A stretch of DNA of 64,000 nucleotides, taken from positions 1,798,001-1,862,000 of the forward strand of contig NC_045138.2 of assembly GCF_008831285.2 (NCBI RefSeq), given 5' to 3'. This document shows, piece by piece, positions 12,419 through 23,350 of this stretch. Below the pieces are notes generated by a model. The model made no database searches. It saw nothing but the letters and a program-made list of their open reading frames with translations, and had not been told where the DNA came from. The stretch's first letter is position 1; the number at the start of each line of letters is the position of its first letter. A program made the position numbers and the translations under genes. This DNA comes from Nymphaea colorata (Eukaryota).

Positions 12419-13440
12419 TTAGAAGACTACAAAATTTTAAAGAATTAAAAATCATGAACATCAACATCAGATTCACAATTGGGTCTTGTCTAAACAGGGG
12501 GAAAACATTATTCAACTACTTTTGGAGATAATTTACTTCAATTTTTTTCGTTGGTTAAATGCCTTTAGAAAAAACTATTAAAAGTGAGAGCTATATATGC
12601 ATGTGATCCACCTGCAAGTGCCTCTATCTTTAAGTAGGTACAACGGTGAGAAAGTGAGTCCATATGATGAGAATATTAATGGCTGGCAGGCAAATATTTG
12701 TGGTGAGTTCTCCTTTTTAATTAATATAAGAAATTGTTGTTCATAAGAATCAGCCCATTCAATTTGATTCAGTGGCGGATTACATAGTGCCGTGTGAGTT
12801 TCAAACCATTTTGTTGAGTACTATTTTAAGGAACTTTTTGTTTTAAATTTTTTTACATACATAGTTTCTTTTTATTTTTTTATGAATGATTTTTCAATAA
12901 TGCTTCATTATTCACAATCGATTCACCTGAATATTCACCTCACTTGCAAACCCAGAAATTTTAGGCTAAGGTGCACTATTTTTAAGAGTTTGTCTTTTAA
13001 GGGGCACCAACATATAAATATTTATACACAGTTGAAAGAACCTTTGTAAAAATAAACAAAATTTAGTGGGCCAGCTTCCATGTAGCTCCGCTACTGATTC
13101 ACCTAAATAGGCCAATGCATCGAGTTGAGCTTCACGATTTGTTTCGCGAACCAATTCTTACTACACTGACATAAAGGGTCATTTGACTTTGGGGGCAAGG
13201 GAAGGAGGGGCTGTTCGGCTCTCGCCTAAGTGGTCGGATTAATCCCCCCTTTCACCGGGAAAGAATTGCAACATTGAAGCCAAAATCCAAAAAGAAGAAG
13301 GATGAGCGATGATAAGGATGGAAAATGTAAAGGAGCCACTTACTCATGGACTGGAGTAGAGAAACCTTTCTCAAACTCAAAAAAATACACTTAACAAGTC
13401 AAACAAGAGCAAGAGGAATACTACTGGTTTAACTAATAAA

Positions 13441-14090
13441 TAGGGTTGCACAACAAGTCCAGCCAACTCGGGCTCGACTCAAGCTCGCTTGAGTAGACTT
13501 GACTCCAGTTCGACTCGTTCTTTATACGAGTCAAGCTTGAGCTTAAATATAAACTCGAGTATGTTAACAAGCCGAGTTCAAGTTAGTCAAACTCTAATCA
13601 ACTAAACTCGATTCAACTCGACTTTAATGTCAACTTTTTGTTTTGCATTTTTAGTTTTCTTTCTTTCTTCCCTCTGTTCGCCCGTGCAAGCATACTTTAA
13701 TCTTGACTTTTTGTTTTGAGTTTTTAGTTTTCCCTCCTTTTTCCCTCTCTTCACCTACACAGCCACGCTCCTTTTTACCCTCATTATTACACCCACTTTC
13801 ATTATTATGTTTTCTTCCCATCAATCAATTAACCTCTTCATTTTCCCTCTTGTTTTTATCTCTCTTCAATCACGCTCTTCGTTCATTCTTCCTCCCACTT
13901 TTCTCTCTCCTCACCCACGCCTAAACGAGTTTAAACGAGCCAAAAGAGTCGTGCTCGAGCTCAAACAGTCCCTTGAGTCCAGTTCAAGTTGAAGTGTGAA
14001 GCTTGTGTCGAGCTCGAATTGATTAAATATGAGTCAAGCTGAGCTCGAGCTGGCCGAAATGGAGCTCGACTCGGCTCGTGTGCAGCCCTA
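13441..14090. mobile_element. Non-autonomous hAT element (MITE), 650 bp
   Basis: TIRs tagggttgcaca...tgtgcagcccta, perfect 8-bp TSD ctaataaa (13433-13440 / 14091-14098), many ctcgag/gagctc subterminal motifs. Confidence 0.9.
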
Positions 14091-14350
14091 CTAATAAAGT
14101 CTCATTAATTAATACAATTAAATCGTATACATAATTAATAGGACTTATTAATTAATAAAAATTTTCATACTTAGATGTATATATAAAGAACACTTGATAG
14201 AAATAAAGAACTGCGTCAGCAACATAAATTACAAGAAAATTACACTAAAAAAAACTAAATGAGGAAGTTTTGTGTCTTATTGGGATTAACATCTAGTTAA
14301 GCAGTTGCTAAAAATCGGTTAAGAAGCATTCCTAAACAAAGAATTAAAAG

Positions 14351-14754
14351 TAGGCCTGGGCAATGGGCCGGCCCGGTCCGATTGGGCCTGGGCAATGGGC
14401 CGGCCCGGCCCGATTGGGCCCGGGCTTGGAACGGGAATTTCCCGGCTCGGGCCGGGCCCGATAGGTCGGCCCGGCCTGTTTACATTTACGGTTAAGGAGC
14501 CTTCCTAAACAAAGAATTAAAAGTAGGCCTGGGCAATGGGCCGGCCCGACCCGATTGGGCCTGGGCAATGGGCCGGCCGGGCCCGATAGGTCGGCCCATT
14601 TAAATATATTTTATATTTTAAAAAATTATTTTATAATTAAAAATTTAATTTTAAATTTTAAATGGGCCGAGACCTGGGCTATTGGGCCGGGCCGGGCCAG
14701 GCTCACGGGCCCGACAGGCCGGATTGGGCCGGCCCGGCCCGATGCCCACCCTTA
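14351..14754. mobile_element. Non-autonomous hAT element, GGCCC-rich family, with duplicated left junction
   Basis: Ends taggcctgggca...tgcccaccctta, 8-bp TSD attaaaag (14343-14350 / 14755-14762, plus a third copy at 14516-14523). Confidence 0.85.
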
Positions 14755-14772
14755 ATTAAAAGGGCATGGTAC

Positions 14773-15395
14773 CATTAACAGGATACCTTTCTTTCACCGA
14801 GTTAAAACCTTATGGTACATTTTTTTTTCATCTTATTATGATATCAAACTAAGTTTTGTTGTCTTTGAGACATAAGGGGACGTTTGACTATATATAGGAA
14901 CAGTATGCATTGTCTCATGAATCTACCAAACGTTGTGAAATATCTAGATAACATTGTTACTGACGAAAAAAATGTCGATAATGCCTCCCATGAATCCAGT
15001 AAAATTTTTACTGACATTTTGGACTACCCGTAAGTAAAAGATGTGTTAGTGTAGTTTTTACTGGCAACGTCAGTAAAAATATAATGTTTATAGTGTTAAT
15101 GTTTTATGAAGACACATTTATGAAACACTGTTAATATTCTTATTATTGTCAAACACCACCAAAAGAATCAAAATTTTGCGTTTAGAAGTCATTTCCTAAT
15201 ACAGAATGAGCATATGGTGGTTGGTACCTCAGTCGAATCTCTTTTCTCCTTTGCCTTATTGTTCACTTCCTTGTGTGCTTTTTCTGAAGTAATTTGGCAG
15301 TGTGAGCCTAATCCTACTGCCAAAGAACCCTGCAACTCCTCAAGCTTTGTCGACTATAAATTTATGGGACCCTAGATTTTCAATTCTTGTTTTAG
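14773..15395. repeat. Diverged direct copy of window positions 1-615 (promoter-like block)
   Basis: cattaacaggat..tcatcttattatga.atcaaa.taagttttg..tgttagtgtagtt..catttcctaataca..catatggtgg.tggtac..ctataaat occur in both. Confidence 0.85.
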
Positions 15396-15752
15396 TTCTT
15401 CTTTTGCTCAACAATATGGAGGATCGGAATAATGTATTGGAGAAGATCAACAGATCTGGGCTTCGTGAATGCCGTTTAGCACGCACTGTCGATGATGCCT
15501 GACGATGATAAGCGCTGGGGTTTCCTTTTCCGTCGACGATTGCAGAAAGCAGCCCACCACCATCGTCAACAGAGGATGTGCTCACTTTGGTCATGGAAGA
15601 CCTGTGAAACAGATCTCCAATGGTGGCACTCACCAATTTCAATATGTTCCAATAATACTGGCTGGAAAAGATTGTTAAGAGGATGTATGGAGGGCAACTA
15701 CCTAGAAGATTTCTACTTTTTTTTTTTCTTTTTTCTTTTTTTTTTATGATCC

Positions 15753-16150
15753 TAAGGGTGTCAACGGATCAGATATACCCTTAATCATGTCTACTTTTTT
15801 CAGATATTCACATATTTGAATTTGAATACGAATAAAGAAAAGTCATATTTGAAATCGGAATCCAAAATCCGATTTTACAATATGAATTCGATTTGAATCT
15901 GATTTTTATATTCATATCTGAATTCGAATCTGAATTTTGAACCAGATTTTAAATATTTGTCTAAACATGAATATTATTTGAATCTGTATCTGAACCTGGT
16001 TAGATATTTATGTATATCCAAATCCGATTTTGAATCTGAATGCCATTTATTAAATCTGAATCGGATCAGATTTCTTTATCCGGTATTTTATTTTTCATCT
16101 CCGATTGTTTGGAATCGATTCTCTGATTCAAAATGAATATATCGATATCA
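15753..16150. mobile_element. Degenerate MITE of the cggatc/atccga family; related copies at ~21400-21760 and ~27442-27700
   Basis: taagggtgtcaacggatcagata start and repeated atccga/atctga motifs. The three loci share aaaagtcat..aatccaaaatccgattt segments. Confidence 0.6.
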
Positions 16151-16883
16151 ACGTTTGATGGAGACAGGAAAAGCACTAAAAATTCTTGAAAAATATCCGG
16201 AGTGGGCTTTTGTCCATGCCCATCAAATGCCCCTTTAACTCTCTTTGTATTCATTTTCTTGAGGGCAAGCTCACTCATATATGCCCTAACGGAGTTACCC
16301 GGGTAAAAAGTCGGATCCAGAAAGTTCAAACGTAGATCCGACGTTTTACCCACATAACTTTCACCTGAAATCGCCAGATTTCCGGTGGAAATTTACCCTG
16401 TGTTTGATTGTACGTTGCAAATCCGTATACAAATGCGTACCCATTTACCATTTCTACAGTGTTTCACCGCACTATCAAACGCAGCTGGTACATGTAAGGT
16501 CCGGACGGTTTTGACGTCAGGTCAAATCAAAGAAGAAGGGGTTGTCAGGCAACGGTGGCTGTTCTTTTCAGACATTATTGCAAGAAAATTGGAATCTTAT
16601 AAGGATGAATGTTTGCGGTTATTTTATTACCAACGTCCTGCTTTTTTTATAAATAAATAATTTTCGTATTTTTTGAAAAACGAATTTTATTTTTCTTATA
16701 AGATGGAATTTATGATTATTGACAACCTTTAAATACTTGGTTCATGAACATAATGTTTTGTTAAAAACTTTTGTTTTTAGTTAATTTTTCGAAACGCGGT
16801 TTTAAGGACGTATGTTGACTAAAATGTTCTTAATAAAGAATTATGAAAACATTAAAGTATTAAAATATATATACTTTTTTTCA

Positions 16884-17310
16884 ACGAGCCCATCCCCGTC
16901 GTCTCCCTTGCTGCCCTCAACTCCGGCGACGGCGCCACCAGATCCTCCCGCCTCCGCGGACATTGCCACTGCCCTGGAGCAGCGGGGCGCCTTCCAGGTG
17001 GTTGACCCTGCCCTCATCTCCGTCAGGCTCCACCTTACCGCCTGCTTCTTCTCCCTCCCCGCCGACGCCGAAGAGAAGCTCCAGTACCAGATGACCGCCG
17101 GCGGGCGAGCGGAGTTCATGCACAGAACCCGCTTCTTCGGCGAGGACGTCGAGAATTCACGCCGGTACGTCAGCTTCTTCTCCTGCCCCGTCGAGTCCCG
17201 ACACGACGCTGTGTGGCCGGAGAGGCCAGAGGGGTGATGGAAGGTAGTGGACAGATGCTGAGGATCATGGAGGCTTTGTCTGAGTGCATGGAATTGGAGA
17301 AAGTGCATTT
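16884..17310 (+). pseudogene. Degenerate partial copy of F3H-like copy B exon 1
   Basis: Nucleotide similarity to ~18205-18660 (ccatccccgtcgtctccct..., ALEQRGAFQVVD, FFGEDVEN, WPERPEG). Frameshift near 16960, internal deletions, TGA at 17235-17237, no start codon or exon 2. Confidence 0.85.
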
Positions 17311-18067
17311 TGTTGTAGCCTACGATGGACCGATGCCGGAACCACAAGGGGTGGGGTGGGGCGGAGCTTGTGTGGGCAGTTGCCCATACATGATATTAAA
17401 ATACCATGGCCTTCACGTTTCATGTTCCAGTGTATCATTTTTTGGGGTTATAAACTATAACAAGCATGTCATTTGAGTTAAAAAATATACTATTGATTCA
17501 CCACCTTGAAAGTTTTACGCCAAATGTGGTTTTCTCTAAATTAACATCACTTCTAATTATTTTTCATATATTATTTTCATATATATATATCACGTAAGTT
17601 TGGAAAAACATATTAATTTTGGCCCAATTTTTTCCTATAGTTTGAAAAGTGCCTTACCATCTGCAGTTTTTGCTAATAAAAGTCATTTTTTCATAACAGT
17701 AGCAAGAAACCATGTGTTATTGAGTGAAAATGAACAAATAAAAAATGCCTTCGTAAAATGACGGAAATATCCTTCGGGTTTCAACGACCTGTAAGAACAC
17801 GGTTTTCCATATTAAATGTCTCTAAAATCGAAACCATATTAATTGGCCAATGTAGTATCAATATGGTTTTGTTATTTTTTTAATATTTTAAATATCTTTT
17901 TCATAAACAAAACTGAAAAACAAGAAAATATGCAGACAGTTTGTTGCCAGTGGCTACTCCAAAGAATTATTTATATATTCAATATGTAAAAAGAAGTGAT
18001 TCATTTTGCTTTATATCTTGTCTATGGCTCACTGCAAATCTTGGTTTTGAGATAGACAGAATCAGAG

Positions 18068-19536
18068 ATGGCACGAAGTCCAAAGCGTGAAGGGACAACG
18101 ACGCCGTTCCTTGCAGCGACCGGTCAAGAGGCGACCGCCGCCATCCCTCCGGCCTTCATCCGGTGCAAAGCCGAGCGGCCCAAGGTGCCTCACGACCACT
18201 TCGCAGACGCCATCCCCGTCGTCTCCCTCGCCGGTCTCGACTCCGGCAACGGCGCCGCCAGATTGTCCCGCCTCCGCAACATTGCCACTGCCCTCGAGCA
18301 GTGGGGCGCCTTCCAAGTGGTCGACCACGGCGTTGACGCTGCCCTCATCTCCACCATGCTCGACCTTTCCACCCGCTTCTTCGCCCTCCCCGCCGAAGAC
18401 AAGCTCCGGTTCGAGATGACGGCCGGCGGGTGCGGAGGGTTCGTGCACAGCAACCGCATCTTCGGCGAGGACGTCGAGAACTGGCGCGAGTTCGTCAGCT
18501 TCTTCTCCTACCCCGTCCACTCCCGGGACTACGCCATGTGGCCGAGCAGGCCGGAAGGGTGGAGGAAGGTGGTGGAGAGGTACTGCGACGCGAGCTTGGA
18601 GCTGGCGTCGCGAATAATGGAGGTCCTGTCGGAGTGCATGGGCTTGGAGAAGGGTGCTTTCATGGAGGCATGTCTGCAAGTGGACCAGAAGATGAAGGTG
18701 AACTTCTATCCCAAGTGCCCGCAGCCGGAGCTCACCCTCGGGCTCAGCCGCCAGACCGACCCCGGCGCCGTCACCTTGGTGCTGCAGGACCAGGTGGGTG
18801 GGCTGCAGCTCACTAGGGATGGTGGCCGGACTTGGCTCACCGTCAGACCCGTGCCGGGTGCATTCGTGGTCAAGCTCGGTGACTACTTTCACGTAAGCTC
18901 CGCCACTCATTTCCACATTGTTTGCTTGCATAAATCATGGGTCCACTGCTCCGGCCAAGGACAAACGGCCGGACTCCTTTTAATGGTGTCCTCTGTCTCC
19001 AAGTCAATAATTCAATTATGTTTGTCAGTCTTGGTAGAACAACGTAGGATAATTGAACGGAACAGTAATTTTTATAATATTTTTTTCCCAGTCCGACATT
19101 CTGTGTGCATTTTTTTATTATTCTTTCGCTAAGACTAAATACTCAAAATCATTTTTTCATTGAATAAAATTCTATTAAAGTATTAACAAAAAATATAGGC
19201 ATTACTTAAATATTAACAACAAACTAAGTACTGCTATCAACTTTACTAAATCAACCAAATTTCCTTTCTTGGAAGTACTTGAGCAACGGAAGGTTTGCAG
19301 CAGCGGAGCATCAGGTGGTGGTGAACTCCGTCTCCGGCCGCCTGTCCGTCGACGCAGTACACTACCCGGCAAAGCAAGCCAGGGTCCAGCCATTGAAGCT
19401 AGCCAAGGGCGAGAAGCCATTGATTCACAGGTCTCTGACCTTCCAAGAAATGTACCTCGAGAAGAAGGCCCGCGAACTTGGGCTCACTACCAGGGATGCA
19501 AAGTCTGCACCACCTGATCAAGAGAATGAGGCATGA
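18068..19536 (+). CDS. F3H-like: F3H-like 2-oxoglutarate dioxygenase, copy B, with HxD changed to QxD (2 exons: 18068-18892, 19276-19536; ~361 aa)
   Basis: Paralog of copy A with the same intron position (LGDYFH|gtaagc...gaag|YLSNGRF). Frame is uninterrupted, but the motif reads RQTDPG (cag at 18752-18754). Confidence 0.88.
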
Positions 19537-20645
19537 GGGCCAATTCTGCATAGGGCTACAGTTAAATTCCTTCCTCTCTGCGTTATCTTTTTGAATTAGT
19601 GTAGAAACAGTGGCAGAGCTACATGGTGGCTACCTTCAAAGTTAATTTACTACATTAGATTAATGTTTTGATATATTTGACATATAAGTGTCCCCAATAA
19701 ATTAAAGATATTAAAATGAGCGCTCCCACCAAAATAAAAAATTTGTCTCCGCTAATGTGAATAAGATGATTATTTACCGCAACTTATGTTGGCATCTTCA
19801 AACACCAAGACTGTGTTTGATTGCCTCCGAACTAAAATCCTCCTGGTTTGTGAACCATGGATTTTAAATCATGCACTTTCTTTTCAAATTAAAAAAAGAC
19901 ACATTTTTTAATATAAAAAAAAGTAAAATAAGGATTTGAAATGTGAATTTTAGGGTTATATTGTTACTGTTTCATGAACCTACCCAAAAGAATATACGAA
20001 GTTCATGACATATTAGTTTTAGTATTGCATGAATCATGTAAACTTGCTATATATTCACATCTTCAAATCAATCACTATATTTGATTGTATATGTTTTACA
20101 TCTTATATTTGTTGAACCCAATTCAGTCGGATTTGGTGTGGGCTGGATGGGGGTAAGCTTGGGCATCGGGCCGAATAACCAGCCCGAGTCCAATGCCCAG
20201 GTCTAGTTAGATAGTTTTAAGGTACAAAAGAGGGCCTCAAACCAAACAACTCGAATGGCCGAGTCGGCCTGGCCAGATTTGAAACGGGCTTGATAATATA
20301 CATACGTAATTATTTTGATTATATATATACATATATATTTATTATAATATATTCTTATAAGTTAATTTTATATATTATAAAATATTTTTTTATTAAAATT
20401 GAGTCTGGTTAGGTTGAAACGGGCCAAGCCACAGCATGGGCCTCAATTTACTGTTTGGATTCAATTTTTATATCTCAAAATGAACCCAATGTTGGATCCA
20501 CTGTCTATATTACCCAGCTCACTCGTGAAACTAGCTCGACTCATGGTTTGATAGATCCCAATTATGTCCCTTAGCTGTTTTGATTCACTTATCTTCAACA
20601 TATGACAAAGCTTTTATGCTCCGCCTTTCATGGTGTTGAACCGAT

Positions 20646-20857
20646 TCTGATACCAACTGTAACAATCCACCTCATTCCTATACCAAGCCTAGGCTCTTGG
20701 TTTGATCGAGTTCATTCCTATACCAAGCCTAGGCTCTTGGTTTGATCGATCTCAACCCGCTTCTTAATAGTTTTGGTCAGGACCTCTTTATATGTGGTTG
20801 AAGAATCCTTTCAATCTTTGGCATGAGACTAAACTTTCATTTCTTATAATTTTCACA
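20646..20857 (-). mobile_element. LTR retroelement remnant: short LTR plus tRNA-iMet primer-binding site
   Basis: Minus strand reads ...tgttaca gt TGGTATCAGA (20646-20655), the canonical LTR-end/PBS junction. Putative TG..CA LTR 20658-20857 contains a ~39 bp tandem duplication. Confidence 0.5.
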
Positions 20858-21299
20858 TTTCTTTGCTTCCTGCTTGCAATCTTTTGTTTTCATGGTTTAG
20901 ATTGAGAAAATGAATGCCCCAGCTTCACTTGAAGATCCAAAAATAAATGCTTGTGATGAGAAAGTTTGGCGTTTATGGGGACAGTCAAACTTGCTAAGAA
21001 GATAACTGAAACAAAATAATATCGGTCTTAGATGTGTCAAGTGGGATCGTTAACAAGTTATAAATCATGCAGCCACAAGGCTTAATCAAATCCAAGATAG
21101 TTTATCTCAGGATTTATCCGATATAAATGTAAGACTCCTTCAGCAGAAAACAACTTAATTTTGTACAAAATTTTCACTTCATTTCAAGAAAAAAAAACCA
21201 AATAATTAACAATTTTTGCTACTATTAAAAACAACAAAATAAAAATCAATTGGTATTGCTTATAAAATTTCAAGCCACTATCACAAAGTGCAGAACTGG

Positions 21300-21363
<64 letters not shown>

Positions 21364-22200
21364 TTGCTTGCCGCCTTACCAATGTGCTTGGACTCAAAGT
21401 TAGGGATTTAAAACGAATGTATGATTAACCATATCTACTTTTTGAATATGTGTATATTAGGATTGGAATGCATTTGAAGAAGTCATATTTTAATCAGAAT
21501 CCAAAATCCGATTTAACAATCAGAATCCAATCTAAATCCGATTTTTTAATTCACATCTTAACCCAAATCAGAATTTGAAATTAAATCCAGCCGACTTTCA
21601 AATTTTAAGGGTATTAGACATATGATATTTATTTAGAACTAGATCCAACCAAGGTTATTTTTTAATGGAATATTATTATTTTTTTATGTTCCTGATCTTT
21701 TTAGAATAGTTAGGTCAAATATTTGATCCAAATTGAATATATTAACATCATTATGTAAACCGATTTGATTTGGCAGCCAATTGAAGCTTAAGTGTTATTT
21801 TTCAACTATTTTAAAAAAAATTAATGTTAAGAATTTTCCTTAGTTTTTATATTTTTCTAAAATAACTCTCCTATTCTTTTTGCTGATCTTTCACAGCCAA
21901 TTGGCTGAATCACCAAGTCTCAGTTGACAGCATCTTGGCCAATTGAAAAACTGATTAGAATCAGAAGAGAACGGATCGATCATCCTTTCGGCCATTTAGT
22001 AATCAATTAACACGGGCAATGAACGCAAGTCACGGTTTCACCATCTTAATTACAAAAAACTGTTGACCGCCATTAAACCTGCAACGTCTCACGTCCAAAG
22101 CCACTGGCTACATAAGGAACACAGATCAAGGCAGCAGTTCTCACAGTAACCAAGGAAGAAGAATCTTCAGCAGCACAAAGAACAAAGGCGAGAGACCAAG

Positions 22201-22662
22201 ATGAGAAGCACCAAGGTGTTGTTTCCGGCGCTGCTGTTTCTGGCCGCCTTAGTGGCTGGCCACCAGGCCCAGGCGTTGTCGACCTCGCCCTCCGGCACTT
22301 GGCCCTTCCCCCGGCTCGAGACCGCGCCCTTGCAGTTCAAGCCGGTCCTCCGCTGCGTCGCCTCGCTTTACTACCACTCCACAGAGTACGTCCTCTTCGT
22401 GGAGAAGGGAGGGTTGATCAGTTACCGGTCATGTGAGAGGCTAGTTGAGCTCCCCTCCTACTGCCTTCACAGGCTGCACCTGTTCTTGAACCTTCCTGAG
22501 GATGGCACCAAGAAGCTAAAGCATGTCTGCCACGAAAAGGTCAAAGGTCGTCTCAGTCCTTCTCCGGCGCCATCGCCGTCGCTGTCGCCGTCCCCGACAC
22601 CATCCCCTTCACCGTCGCCGTCACCGTCGCCGGTGCCCACGCCGCCTGTACAGGTCTGTTGA
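22201..22662 (+). CDS. Small secreted Cys-rich protein, prolamin-like (ECA1/EC1-type) domain with C-terminal Ser-Pro repeat, 153 aa, intronless
   Basis: Hydrophobic signal peptide, C..FVEKG..SC..LP..C..FLNLP..LK.VC core, (SP)n tail, GC-rich coding against AT-rich flanks, TATA-like tacataa near 22108. Confidence 0.8.
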   Translation: MRSTKVLFPALLFLAALVAGHQAQALSTSPSGTWPFPRLETAPLQFKPVLRCVASLYYHSTEYVLFVEKGGLISYRSCERLVELPSYCLHRLHLFLNLPEDGTKKLKHVCHEKVKGRLSPSPAPSPSLSPSPTPSPSPSPSPSPVPTPPVQVC

Positions 22663-23058
22663 AATGGTCGCCCATATGAAAGAGGAGGAGGAATGAAGGA
22701 GGGGGTGAGGGGAGTGTGTGTGATTGTGTGTTTGGTTCTGTCTTTGTGTTTCAGGTTTGGTTGAGTGTAGGTCTGAGTTGTTTTGTTGGCCTGATTAATG
22801 GCTGAGCTTCGTCTTTGTATTGCCAATAAAGTGATTGCTCTTTTTAATCTCTTTTTGAGTGTATGGCGGAAATTCTGCACTGTTAATAAAATGAAGACTT
22901 TAGAGAAAAGGGCTTGAATTTGGTAAAATAAAGAGATCCAGCTTCGCTATTTTAAGCATATGAAAGATATCAATGAAGTTGACCCTTCCCTTCCTTTCAT
23001 TTTTAGGGTTGTTTGGGGACATATGTTAACTTCCAGTTACTTCTTTCAGCTCTAAAAT

Positions 23059-23250
23059 AAGATGAATGGTACCCACAGAAATCAAATTCCCGACAAAGTT
23101 TTCACTGACTTACTAGCCGACCAGCTATGTTATGCTTCTCGCAATTAAACCTAGGCCACCATTTGCCGTCAAGATGAATAGTACCTATAGAAATCAATTT
23201 TGCGACAAAGTTTTCATTGGCTTACCATCCGACCAACTATGTTATGCTCC
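23059..23250. repeat. Two ~80 bp direct repeats
   Basis: aagatgaat.gtacc.a.agaaatcaa..cgacaaagttttca..ccgacca.ctatgttatgct at 23059 and 23171. Confidence 0.8.
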
Positions 23251-23350
23251 TTATTGCGACACAGTTATGGCAGAACATATAACGTTGTTGTGACAGGTAT
23301 GCTGTTAAATGAAATTTTTTTGAACTTGACCTTGCTTTTTTGGTTTATAG

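Noticed and set aside
18062..18931. Long antisense/overlapping ORFs over the dioxygenase exons (e.g. 289 aa minus; 8776-9190; 9362-9931)
   Set aside because: Expected shadow ORFs of GC3-rich coding sequence; no independent motifs.
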